53,210 nucleotides of DNA from a virus (lineage: Duplodnaviria; Caudoviricetes). The notes under the pieces were generated by a model that saw only the letters and a program-made list of their open reading frames with translations, was not told where the DNA came from and searched no databases. The stretch spans positions 1 to 53,210 of the IMG/VR virus record IMGVR_UViG_3300034061_003829. The stretch is one strand, 5' to 3'. Position numbers and translations under genes: made by a program. Below are positions 18,080 through 27,558 of this stretch, in pieces; within the stretch, counting starts at the first letter, position 1; the number at the start of each line of letters is the position of its first letter.

Positions 18080-21043
18080 ATGGCAGAACAAATAAACGTA
18101 TCACCTGGTGTATATACTAGTGAAGTTGACTTAACCTTTGCAGCGCAGAGTTTAGGTGTTAGTTCATTAGGTATAGTAGGTGAGGCTCAAAGAGGTCCAG
18201 CGTTTGAACCGATTCTAGTAAAGAATTATGACGAATTCACTACTTATTTTGGTGGTGCAAATCCTGAAAAGTTTTCAGGTACACAAATTGTAAAATATGA
18301 AGGAAATTACATAGCTAGGGAATACCTTTCACAAGCAAGTCAAATGTATATGACTAGAGTATTAGGTTTAAGTGGTTATGATGCTGGATCAGCTTGGTCA
18401 ATCAGCACAATCGCACAACCTGATATTTCGACAATTAATACAGCACCTATAACAAAAACAACATTGTTTTCTGATTTCTCGTATGATAGTAGTGTTGGTG
18501 TATTAAAAAATAATTATAATGGAGTTTATTCATACCCTTACCCTGTAAGTGATTATGCGAATAATATATCAGGATATACAACATCTCTTGTAACTTCTGC
18601 GATAAGTAATTATTCATCTAGACTTTACCCATTATCGGCAGCAACAATAAGTTATAAATTTGGTGACTTATCTTACGCATCAAACACAGTAATCACCGGT
18701 GTTACAAAAAATTCAATGACAAATATATTGGATTCTGATACTACTGATAGTACTTGGTTTAATACATTATTCACACAAAAAGCAGATACAACTTATTCAG
18801 GTGTAACATATGGTGTGTTTATTACAGGTTTAACTAAAAACGGTACAATTTATTCAGGTTCTACTTGTTATTTTATTGAAACAGCGTCGGCATCAACTTA
18901 CACATCTTGGAATAACCTTGTAGTTGCAACATTAAGAAGTGACGCTAATTGGACTAATAATACATTAACACCTGTTGTTAATGGTAATGTTATTAATCCT
19001 TTATTATCACCTATCGATGATATTACAACAAATGCTAAGGGTGCTTTTAAAATTTTAGTAACCGCAACAACGGGAAAACTTGAGTACACAGTTAGTATGG
19101 ATGACACTAAGAGAGAATACTTACCATTAGTGTTAGGTAAACAACCAAAAGAAAAACAAAGTGCTTTATTCGTTGAAGAGATTTATCCTGAGTTATTAAA
19201 CTATGGTTACTTAAAGGGTTATGTTAGAGGATTAAAAGCTACTTTAATTAGCAACTCATCTTCATCAGGTGTTAATATGACAGATTATAAAGAACAATGG
19301 GCTACACCAGCAACACCTTATTTCGTATCAGAATTAAGAGGTACTGACGTATTCAAATTGTTTAGAGTTGTTACAATCTCAGATGGTAATGCGGCTAACA
19401 CATTAGTTAAAATATCAATCCAAAACATCAATTTAGAAAGAAAAGAATTTGATTTAATTGTAAGAGATTTCAACGATACAGATGCTAATCCAGTTATTAT
19501 TGAAAAATACATCAGATGTTCAATGGATGAAAGTCAATTAACTTATATCGGTAAAAAGGTTGGTACTATTGATGGTAAATATGATTTGAAGTCTAAATAC
19601 ATTATGATTGAAATCGATCCTGATGCTCCATCTACAGCAGTTCCGGCAGGTTTTATGGGTTATACTTTTAGAACTTATGGTACAGGAACAACAAACCCTA
19701 AAATCCAATATAAAACTAAATACTTTACAGCAGGTGAGCAAATCACAAATCCACCAGCAGGTATTTCACCAATAATCTCAGGTGGTGATAACATTAGAAA
19801 ATCATTCTTAGGTATTTCTGATAGTAACTTCTGGGGTTATGATAGTGATTTCTTCCAATACAAAGGTAATGTAGCTTCAACTACAACTACTAATGGTTTC
19901 CATATGGATTCAGGTGCAACTAGCGTAAGTGTAAATGGTGTAGCGGCAACATTTGATGTGGGTGTAGCTCCATTCCAAACAGAGGCTGGAACAGCGGGAA
20001 CAGCTTATTCAAGTTTATTAAGTAGAAAATTCACAGCAGCACCTTATGGTGGTTATGATGGATGGGATATTTACAGATCTTACAGAACTAATGGTGATAG
20101 TTATAGAATCGGACAAACTATTTACACTAACGAAGGATTTAGTGCGTTAGGTAACTCTGACTATTATGCATACAAAACAGGTATCGATACATTCGCTAAT
20201 CCTGAAAATGCGGATATCAACGTATTAGTAACTCCAGGTATTGATATTGAAAACAACTCATCATTAGTTGAATATACTATTGATATGGTTGAAAATGATA
20301 GAGCTGATAGTATCTACATTCCAACTTTACCTGATATTAATATGTTTGCATCAGATTCATCAGATACAAATAACTGGAAAACTTCACAAGAAGCGGTTGA
20401 TTTAATTAATGAAGTTGGTGTTGATTCTAACTACACAGCAGTTTACTTCCCATTCGTTCTTTACAATGACACAGAAAACAATTCTAAAGTTTGGATTCCA
20501 CCTACAGCTGAAGTGGTAAGAAACTTAGCATTGACTGATAATATTGCTTATGAGTGGTACGCAATTGCAGGTGTTGAGAGAGGTTTAGTTAATTCAAAAC
20601 CAAGAGTTAAATTATCTCAAACTGATAGAGATACATTATATCCAGGTAGAATCAATCCAATCGCTACATTCAGAGGAGTTGGACCGGTTATTTGGGGTAA
20701 TAGAAACTTACAAATTAGAGATTCTGTTCTTGATAGATTAAACATCAGAAGATTGTTATTACAAACAAGAAAGCTTATCGCAGCAGTTGGTTTAAGATTA
20801 TTATTCCAACCAAACGATCAACAAGTGAGAAACGATTTCTTGAACTTAGTAAATCCAATCTTGGATGGTATTAGAAGAGAAAGAGGTTTAACTGATTTCA
20901 GAGTTAAATTGAGTAACGCACCTGAAGATATTGATAATAACGAGTTGAACGGTACAATTTACTTGAAACCAACTTCAGCTTTAGAATATATCAACATTCA
21001 GTTTGTAATTACACCACAAGGAGCTTCATTCGAGAACGTGTAA
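18080..21043 (+). CDS. gp18: Tail sheath protein (T4 gp18-like)
   Basis: N-terminal SPGVY..E.D and G.A.RGPAF.P; C-terminal W.A.AG..RG, RD.LY..RINPI, WG.R, LDRLN.RRLL, F.PND and IYLKP..ALEYI...F. Confidence 0.95.
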   Translation: MAEQINVSPGVYTSEVDLTFAAQSLGVSSLGIVGEAQRGPAFEPILVKNYDEFTTYFGGANPEKFSGTQIVKYEGNYIAREYLSQASQMYMTRVLGLSGYDAGSAWSISTIAQPDISTINTAPITKTTLFSDFSYDSSVGVLKNNYNGVYSYPYPVSDYANNISGYTTSLVTSAISNYSSRLYPLSAATISYKFGDLSYASNTVITGVTKNSMTNILDSDTTDSTWFNTLFTQKADTTYSGVTYGVFITGLTKNGTIYSGSTCYFIETASASTYTSWNNLVVATLRSDANWTNNTLTPVVNGNVINPLLSPIDDITTNAKGAFKILVTATTGKLEYTVSMDDTKREYLPLVLGKQPKEKQSALFVEEIYPELLNYGYLKGYVRGLKATLISNSSSSGVNMTDYKEQWATPATPYFVSELRGTDVFKLFRVVTISDGNAANTLVKISIQNINLERKEFDLIVRDFNDTDANPVIIEKYIRCSMDESQLTYIGKKVGTIDGKYDLKSKYIMIEIDPDAPSTAVPAGFMGYTFRTYGTGTTNPKIQYKTKYFTAGEQITNPPAGISPIISGGDNIRKSFLGISDSNFWGYDSDFFQYKGNVASTTTTNGFHMDSGATSVSVNGVAATFDVGVAPFQTEAGTAGTAYSSLLSRKFTAAPYGGYDGWDIYRSYRTNGDSYRIGQTIYTNEGFSALGNSDYYAYKTGIDTFANPENADINVLVTPGIDIENNSSLVEYTIDMVENDRADSIYIPTLPDINMFASDSSDTNNWKTSQEAVDLINEVGVDSNYTAVYFPFVLYNDTENNSKVWIPPTAEVVRNLALTDNIAYEWYAIAGVERGLVNSKPRVKLSQTDRDTLYPGRINPIATFRGVGPVIWGNRNLQIRDSVLDRLNIRRLLLQTRKLIAAVGLRLLFQPNDQQVRNDFLNLVNPILDGIRRERGLTDFRVKLSNAPEDIDNNELNGTIYLKPTSALEYINIQFVITPQGASFENV

Positions 21044-21063
21044 TAAACATAAAACAATAAATT

Positions 21064-21095
21064 AAAAGGGTGGGTAGTAATATTCACCCTTTTTT
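21064..21095 (+). terminator. Intrinsic terminator after sheath gene
   Basis: AAAAGGGTGGGTA-GTAA-TATTCACCCTTTTTT. Confidence 0.85.
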
Positions 21096-21138
21096 ATTTT
21101 ATATAACCAATTAAAAATCAAAACATTAAAAATAAGAA

Positions 21139-21198
21139 TTGGTAAAATAGTTAATAATTCCTATATTTGACTAAAATTGACAAAACGTAATATTTATA
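21139..21198 (+). promoter_or_regulatory. Tandem host-type (TTG-N20-TATATTTG) and late-type (TATTTATA) promoter motifs
   Basis: TATATTTG 21162-21169; TATTTATA 21191-21198; ATG at 21202. Confidence 0.5.
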
Positions 21199-21201
21199 TA
21201 T

Positions 21202-22371
21202 ATGAAAAATTTAATCGTAGAAGGAAGAAAACTTAGAGTATATAAATTTGATTGGGATGATAATATTTTAAATCTCCCAACAAAAATTAAAATGTATAAG
21301 AAAAATAAACCTGTTTATGTTTCAACTAGTGAGTTTGCCGAATTAAGAAATAATCCTGAGTATGAAGTTAGAGATGACGCATTTGAGGATTTTAAAGATT
21401 TTGGTGATAGAGGTGATGATGCGTTTATTGAAGATACTAAGACAGCTATCGCTAATAATAAGAAAGCACCTTCTTTTAAGAAGTTTAAAGAAGCTTTAAA
21501 ACACGTAAACTACTTTGCTATCATTACGGCTAGAGGACACGCACCAGAGACGTTAAAAAGGGGTGTAAGGACATTTATTAATTTAGCTCTAACTCCTGAT
21601 GAGAAGATTACATTTAAGAAAAACTTAAAAAAATTATATGGTGATTTACCTTTCAATGATTTAGTTGAAAAGTATTTGGTTAATCAAAAATACTACCCTG
21701 TATCATCACCTGAGTTTCAAAAACAATTTGGTTCTATGTCTGGAGCTGAAAAACCTGAAATTGCTAAACAAATAGCTTCAAGAGATTTTATCAATTATAT
21801 TGAGAATGTGGCTAACAATCTTGACGCTAAAGATATTAGGATTATGAATCCAAAATCAAAAGGTGAATTAGAAATTAGTGTTGGATTTTCAGATGACGAT
21901 AAGAAAAATGTAAAAGCAATGGAGGAGTTTATGAAAGCTCTGAAAAAAGAAAAACCTAATATGACATTTGTTATCTACGATACCTCAAACCCTAAAGATG
22001 TTAAAAAGACAGTTATTGAAGGTTTAATGAAAGAAAGTGATGAATATAATAAGATTAGTGATTATAAAAATATTGCTGATATTCATAGGGAAATTAAAAC
22101 TATAATTGAAGAATCTGGTTTAGTATATGACGATTACGAAGAATCTTTTGTTGAGTATGCTGATTATGAAGAGGGTGGGTATGAAGGATATTATGAAATA
22201 AAAATATCTTTAGATAGTCCAAGATATGCTGGTGATATTACACCTGAGCAATATTTAAGAGTTAAAGAAAAACTTAAAAGATTAGTTGGTGTTGATTATG
22301 TTGATATTAACACAAATAATAGAACAATAACAATCTCAATGATTGATGAATATCCTGATATGTTTATATAA
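21202..22371 (+). CDS. HAD-superfamily hydrolase-like protein with appended acidic C-terminal domain
   Basis: FDWDDN (motif I), IITARGH (motif II), K (motif III), FSDDD..N (motif IV). Confidence 0.65.
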   Translation: MKNLIVEGRKLRVYKFDWDDNILNLPTKIKMYKKNKPVYVSTSEFAELRNNPEYEVRDDAFEDFKDFGDRGDDAFIEDTKTAIANNKKAPSFKKFKEALKHVNYFAIITARGHAPETLKRGVRTFINLALTPDEKITFKKNLKKLYGDLPFNDLVEKYLVNQKYYPVSSPEFQKQFGSMSGAEKPEIAKQIASRDFINYIENVANNLDAKDIRIMNPKSKGELEISVGFSDDDKKNVKAMEEFMKALKKEKPNMTFVIYDTSNPKDVKKTVIEGLMKESDEYNKISDYKNIADIHREIKTIIEESGLVYDDYEESFVEYADYEEGGYEGYYEIKISLDSPRYAGDITPEQYLRVKEKLKRLVGVDYVDINTNNRTITISMIDEYPDMFI

Positions 22372-22374
22372 TTT

Positions 22375-23436
22375 ATGATATTAACCGAATATAATAAAAA
22401 AGATGTCGATATCTTAAAAGAATTAGATAATCAATTTACAATCGCCTTTGAGTTTGAGTTAGAAACTGAAGATCCTCACAATCCTGAAGAGGTTGATGAC
22501 GAAATAGTTATTCAAACAATTAAAGATGGTGTATATACTCAATTAAGAGGTGATAGAAGAGCCAACCCTGAGTTTATTGATGATATTATAAGTCAGATAG
22601 AATTAGATGATGAAGATTTCACATATGATGAATTATTAAACCCATCTTTATATGATGGTAACAAAAGAAGAATGATTGAGGTGATTAGAGGTATTTCAAT
22701 GGAAAATACTAATGATACTTTATCATATTTAACATTGAAGGTGAAAGAGTATTTACCTAATTTTTACAGAAAATGGTCAGACAAAATGAAGTTTGAACTT
22801 GATAATTCGTTGGATAAAGGTATTGAATTTTCACCTATCACATACTTAAACTCAATTAGTGAAGCGATAGATTTGATAAATGACTTTTATGATGACTTTG
22901 ATAAACAATCATATTGGAAATTCACACAAAAAACTGGTTTACATATAAACATAGGTTTTAAAGAAAGAAAAGATTGGAATATCCTTAAAGGTGTTTTATT
23001 TTTAAGTGATGACCCATCAAAAACCAAAAATAAAATACCTTATGTATTTAAAGGTATTGAAAGAAGGATTGGTAGTAAGTATGCTGGTTCATTCAAAAGA
23101 TTGGTGTTTGATAAGGTGGGTAGTGATTCTGAAACATTTACAGTTAAAAAAGATAACTTAGAGAATGTTGAGGATTATTTTAATGAATATCTTTTAAAGC
23201 TTTTAGATACGGAGGGTTATGATAGCCCCACATATTTTAAGTTGTATGGATTAAATATTACAAGATTAAAGAAAGATAATTACATTGAGTTTAGATATCC
23301 AGGAGGTCCAATAAATAGGGAGGTATTAATTGATAAGTTATTCTATTTCTGTTACTTATGCGCTTTAATGACAAATCCTGACTACAAAAAAGAGCAGTAT
23401 TATAAGAGATTATATACTTTTTTAAAATTATTTTAA
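22375..23436 (+). CDS. Putative amidoligase (COOH-NH2 ligase type 2)
   Basis: FEFELE, D.SL..GIEFSP, TGLHINIG and IEFRYPGG motifs. Confidence 0.75.
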   Translation: MILTEYNKKDVDILKELDNQFTIAFEFELETEDPHNPEEVDDEIVIQTIKDGVYTQLRGDRRANPEFIDDIISQIELDDEDFTYDELLNPSLYDGNKRRMIEVIRGISMENTNDTLSYLTLKVKEYLPNFYRKWSDKMKFELDNSLDKGIEFSPITYLNSISEAIDLINDFYDDFDKQSYWKFTQKTGLHINIGFKERKDWNILKGVLFLSDDPSKTKNKIPYVFKGIERRIGSKYAGSFKRLVFDKVGSDSETFTVKKDNLENVEDYFNEYLLKLLDTEGYDSPTYFKLYGLNITRLKKDNYIEFRYPGGPINREVLIDKLFYFCYLCALMTNPDYKKEQYYKRLYTFLKLF

Positions 23437-23442
23437 ATTTTT

Positions 23443-23473
23443 TTTGGTGTTTTAAATTTTATCTGTATATTTG
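23443..23473 (+). promoter_or_regulatory. Bacteroidota-type primary sigma promoter
   Basis: TTTG (23443-23446), 19-nt spacer, TATATTTG (23466-23473). Confidence 0.7.
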
Positions 23474-23495
23474 TATAACAATAAACAAATAAACT

Positions 23496-24221
23496 ATGAC
23501 TAACACTAAAAGAGAAACCATCATCAAAAGAATTAATTTGTTGAAGGAAAAAACCACAGCTAATGGTTGTACAGAGGCAGAAGCTATGTCAGCAGCTGAA
23601 ATGATTTCTAGACTTCTCCAAGAATACGATTTGTCTATGACAGAGGTTGAGGTTAAATCACAAGAGTTTATTACCGATTCTATTCAAATGGATAGTGGGA
23701 ATAAAAAACCAATTCACGATATTTTAGGTTCAATTGGTTATTTTACCGATACTAAAGTTTATTTCAATAAACGTATGGGAAATTATGTTTACAATTTCTT
23801 TGGAGCTAAAAAGGATGTTGAGTTTGCTGGTTATTTGTTTGATTTGTTATCACACGCAATGGATAATGAATACGCTAAATATCAAAAAACAGCTGAATAC
23901 AAATCTATTGGTGGTAGAACAGCTCGTGGTTCTTTCTATAAGGGTATGATTGTAAGATTAAGTCAAAGACTTCGTGAAATGAAGAATTCTATCCGTGAAG
24001 AAGCAAAATCATCTGGTTTGGTATTGTATAATAAAATGGCTATCACCGAACAAATGTTTAAAAAAGAAAACCCATTTTTAAGATTAAGGACATCTACATC
24101 AAGAATAACAATTTCTGATAACGATGCTTTTAATTCAGGTAAAGAAGCGGCTAATCGTGTAAATATTACGTCAGGGTTGGGTGGAAGAAAAGCTTCAGAA
24201 ACTATGAGATTGGGAGCTTAG
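23496..24221 (+). CDS. DUF2786-family protein
   Basis: II.RI.LL......G.TE.EA..A......L...Y.L N-terminus, FFG...D...A.Y, SF..G, and final G..AA..V. Confidence 0.75.
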   Translation: MTNTKRETIIKRINLLKEKTTANGCTEAEAMSAAEMISRLLQEYDLSMTEVEVKSQEFITDSIQMDSGNKKPIHDILGSIGYFTDTKVYFNKRMGNYVYNFFGAKKDVEFAGYLFDLLSHAMDNEYAKYQKTAEYKSIGGRTARGSFYKGMIVRLSQRLREMKNSIREEAKSSGLVLYNKMAITEQMFKKENPFLRLRTSTSRITISDNDAFNSGKEAANRVNITSGLGGRKASETMRLGA

Positions 24222-24526
24222 TCATTAAATCCCATCTTACTTTTTAACCTTTTTACATCTTCAATAATAACTTTAGGGTCTTCGGACCCTATTTTTTCGA
24301 CATTAAATTTGTTTTTAATATCACTAGCAAAGAATTTACCTACACTTTGAGCTTCTTGTAATCTTAAAAATGTTGGCATATCTACATTCATATACTTATA
24401 GATATTACCATTATTAAAGGTGATGTATAAATCGTTATCTAAGAAATTATAAACTGATTTATAGATATTTGAAGATTCGTAAATACTGATAATCTTATCT
24501 TTTTCTTTTTTGGTTTCAAGTAACAT
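24218..24526 (-). CDS. KTSC-domain protein
   Basis: ESSNI....Y......L.ITF.NG..Y.Y..V......L..A.SVGKFF...IK; start moved to MLLETKK at 24526. Confidence 0.85.
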   Translation of the reverse strand: MLLETKKEKDKIISIYESSNIYKSVYNFLDNDLYITFNNGNIYKYMNVDMPTFLRLQEAQSVGKFFASDIKNKFNVEKIGSEDPKVIIEDVKRLKSKMGFND

Positions 24527-24604
24527 AAAAAAAATTTGACTTATGATGTTTATTTTATTATATATGTTATACAATAATAAATTAAAACTAAAAAAAATAA
24601 ACAA

Positions 24605-24964
24605 ATGTATCTATTAAAAAATTTAGACAGATTTCAAAAATCTTTTAATCATTTATTTTTAACAGGTTTTTCTGATGAGATTGGGGGTAGTTTAATTAAA
24701 ACAAATGTGATTGAGAATGATGAATCATACGATATTGAGTTCGTTGTTCCTGGTTTTAAGAGAGAAGAATTATCAGTAACTATTGAGGGTAAAAACTTGG
24801 TGGTTGAGGGTAAAAAGGAAGGTAAAGAAATTAAATATAATAAGAGTATTTATTTCCCTAATGGTGTAAAAACGATAACCGCTAAATTAGAAAATGGTAT
24901 TTTAACGGTATCAATACCAAAAGAAAAAACAAAAAAAGATAAAATTGTTGTTGATATTAAATAA
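24605..24964 (+). CDS. Small heat shock protein (Hsp20/alpha-crystallin)
   Basis: N..E....Y......PGF..EE.....L.V.G and ITAKLENGILTVSIPK. Confidence 0.9.
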   Translation: MYLLKNLDRFQKSFNHLFLTGFSDEIGGSLIKTNVIENDESYDIEFVVPGFKREELSVTIEGKNLVVEGKKEGKEIKYNKSIYFPNGVKTITAKLENGILTVSIPKEKTKKDKIVVDIK

Positions 24965-24981
24965 AATAATATTTATCTTTG
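24951..24981 (+). promoter_or_regulatory. Promoter for tmRNA (overlapping host-type and late-type motifs)
   Basis: TTG 24951-24953, 20-nt spacer, TATCTTTG 24974-24981; overlapping TATTTATC 24970-24977. Confidence 0.55.
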
Positions 24982-24991
24982 AATAAAGAAT

Positions 24992-25360
24992 GGGCAATTA
25001 CTGGTTTTGACCTGTAATGGTTGGATATCTTAAACAAGCAAGACCTACTTTAAGTCTTTAAAAACTGAGGTAAAAAATCAACTGGCAACGGTTACAACTC
25101 TGAGGACATGATGTCCTTACCAACTTCACTTATGAAGAGCTTCAAAACTCAAGAAGCTGAACTTGAGTTAGCTTAAGTGAACTTGGCTTAAAGCCAAACA
25201 CAGCAAACCCTTTTGTTAGAGTAGTCAATAACTATCACACATTTTTCCGATTGGTGTTAAAATAAGAGGGATATTTGGTTGTTAGAAAATAACCTAAGCT
25301 TGTAAATAATTTAGGTTATTACAAATTATGGGAACGGAGGTTCGACCCCTCCATTGTCCA
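24992..25360 (+). ncRNA. ssrA: tmRNA (one-piece)
   Basis: Acceptor stem GGGCAAT/ATTGTCC with G3-U wobble and discriminator A; T-arm GGAGG-TTCGACC-CCTCC; resume context ATCAACT|GGC; tag ORF 25084-25176; 369 nt; CCA not encoded. Confidence 0.92.
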
Positions 25361-25420
25361 CGTTAGTTTATCCATTCTATCAAAATGGATTGGTGGAGTG
25401 ATACGAATATGGTCACCTCG

Positions 25421-25452
25421 AAGCCCGACAGAAATGTTGGGTTTTCTTTTTT
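25421..25452 (+). terminator. Intrinsic terminator of tmRNA transcript
   Basis: AAGCCCGACA-GAAA-TGTTGGGTTTT; G-U pairs favour the + strand. Confidence 0.8.
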
Positions 25453-26065
25453 ATAGGTATCCTGAAACTAAATAAGATAATTTTTCAATTTCATCCATTT
25501 GTTCATCGGTTAATTTCATCTTATTCTTAATAAAAGATACTCTCACAAAACCGAATATAGAACCTTCAATATTTTCAATTACGAATCCGTAATCATTTTT
25601 AACTCCTTTGGTATATAAATAATTTTTCCAAGTTGTAGGATTTTTAGTGTCATTAGTATCTATACTATATCTTTTTTCATCAAAGAATGGCATAAAATGA
25701 TCTGAAAAAGGTGTAAGTAACACATCTTTAAACTCCATATTTTCAATTGATATCCCTGAAGATACAACTTCATAAATCATACTACCTTTAGTAAACTCTA
25801 CTTTTTGTCCTTTTTTATTGAAGAAAACACCTCCATTATGAAGAACTGTGATGGAAACTCTATCTGAATTAGTTATTTCTAATATTTGTTGTAACTTACC
25901 TACAATCTGTTTTGATTTGGTAATATTGCGTTTAACTCTTTCGATTTTATCAAGGTTTTTCTTCTTGTCCATTAGTATTTTGACAAAGTATCCAATAGCA
26001 CCACTAATTATCCCTAATAGTGACACAATAACTGGTGTGGGTATGTATAATCCAAAAAATATCAT
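25451..26065 (-). CDS. Single-TM protein with GAF-like soluble domain (possible T4 gpT-type holin)
   Basis: N-terminal hydrophobic helix, then DRV.I...HNGG...YE...G; minus-strand TATTTATA at 26086-26093. Confidence 0.5.
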   Translation of the reverse strand: MIFFGLYIPTPVIVSLLGIISGAIGYFVKILMDKKKNLDKIERVKRNITKSKQIVGKLQQILEITNSDRVSITVLHNGGVFFNKKGQKVEFTKGSMIYEVVSSGISIENMEFKDVLLTPFSDHFMPFFDEKRYSIDTNDTKNPTTWKNYLYTKGVKNDYGFVIENIEGSIFGFVRVSFIKNKMKLTDEQMDEIEKLSYLVSGYL

Positions 26066-26131
26066 TTCATTAAAATTCTATACTCTATAAATATATATAA
26101 TTGAAAAGGAAACTATTTATATATAAAAAAA

Positions 26132-27538
26132 ATGGGAAAATATAGAACATATTTTAGTAAAAACAATACATTAGTTAGAAATTCGTATGTAAACACAGCT
26201 AGAAATCCTATCGCTGAGATATATTATGGGTTTGATGAAACTCAATCAAGAACATTTTCAAGATACATTTTTGATATTGATTTGACAAACATATATAACT
26301 TATATACAGGTAAAACAATAACTACATTAAATGGAACAACACACACATTAAACTTAAAGAATTGTTCGTCTTTTGATGAATTATTCGGTGAACTTGTTGG
26401 TACTAAAACAAGAGGTAATTCATTTGATCTTATATTATTTAAAATATCAGGTGAAACTTGGGATCAAGGTATCGGTTATGATTATGCTGATTATAAAACA
26501 GAAACTTTAATCAGAGATCCTTTTGTTTATACTGAAACACCTTCAAATTGGTATTATAATAAAACTAATTCAAGCTGGAATATCCCTGGTGTTTATAGTA
26601 CACCTAATATTATCGCAACGCAACATTTCGATTTAGGTAATGAGGATTTAAAGTTAGATGTTTCAAGTGAGATAAATAATAGATTACAAAATAAAATATT
26701 TAGCGGTGTTAGTTATGGTTTAGCATTTACAACATCATTGGAAAATATTCCGTATAGTGCCGTTACATCTGATGCTTCATTACAATATGTAGGTTTCTTT
26801 TCTAAATATACACAAACATTCTATCAACCATTTTTAGAAACAAACTATGACGATTTAATTCAAGACGATAGAAACTTCTTCTATAAAGGTAAAATGAATA
26901 ATTTATTTCTTTATGTTAATCAGAATGGAGCACCTAAAAACTTAGACAATTTACCTGTTTGTAGAGTGTATAATGAAAGTGGTGATATATTTTCAGCAAT
27001 TACAGGAACTCAAAAAACTGTCGGTGTATATTATGTAAGTTTGTATGTACCCGAAACTTACCCATATGATTCGGTATTATTTAATGATGTTTGGAGTAAT
27101 CTATCAATCAACGGAATAAGAAAAGTGGATGCTAGTTTAGAGTTTGAAGTTAAATGTGATGAATATTATAGTATCGGAACTGGTGAATTTTTACCGAAAG
27201 AATATGGTTTATCATTTAGCGGTTTGAAGAGAGATGAGGTGGTAAGAAAAGGTGAGGTAAGAAAGGTGGTTGTAAGCGTAAGAGAACCTTACGTTTATGA
27301 AGTACCCGTTTTAACTGATTTTGTTCAATATAAAATATACGTGAAAGAAGGACCTTTAAATGAAATCCTTGTTCAAGATTGGACTGATGTAAATAGAAGT
27401 GCAAATATGAATTATTTTATATTAGATAGTAGTTGGTTATTACCAAATAAGTACTATTTAGATATAAGGGTTAGTTCAAATCAAGAGATAAGAGATTATA
27501 AAGAAATAACTCAGTTTTTCGTAAGACAAGAATTATAA
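26132..27538 (+). CDS. Hypothetical virion structural protein (tail/baseplate region)
   Basis: 468 aa beta-rich; TATTTATA at 26114-26121; first gene of the fibre operon. Confidence 0.65.
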   Translation: MGKYRTYFSKNNTLVRNSYVNTARNPIAEIYYGFDETQSRTFSRYIFDIDLTNIYNLYTGKTITTLNGTTHTLNLKNCSSFDELFGELVGTKTRGNSFDLILFKISGETWDQGIGYDYADYKTETLIRDPFVYTETPSNWYYNKTNSSWNIPGVYSTPNIIATQHFDLGNEDLKLDVSSEINNRLQNKIFSGVSYGLAFTTSLENIPYSAVTSDASLQYVGFFSKYTQTFYQPFLETNYDDLIQDDRNFFYKGKMNNLFLYVNQNGAPKNLDNLPVCRVYNESGDIFSAITGTQKTVGVYYVSLYVPETYPYDSVLFNDVWSNLSINGIRKVDASLEFEVKCDEYYSIGTGEFLPKEYGLSFSGLKRDEVVRKGEVRKVVVSVREPYVYEVPVLTDFVQYKIYVKEGPLNEILVQDWTDVNRSANMNYFILDSSWLLPNKYYLDIRVSSNQEIRDYKEITQFFVRQEL

Positions 27539-27558
27539 ACAAATAAAAATTAAAAAAG

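Noticed and set aside
25331-25360. Stand-alone tRNA
   Set aside because: The T-arm and acceptor half pair with 24992-24998 about 360 nt upstream; this is the tmRNA tRNA-like domain with no anticodon arm.
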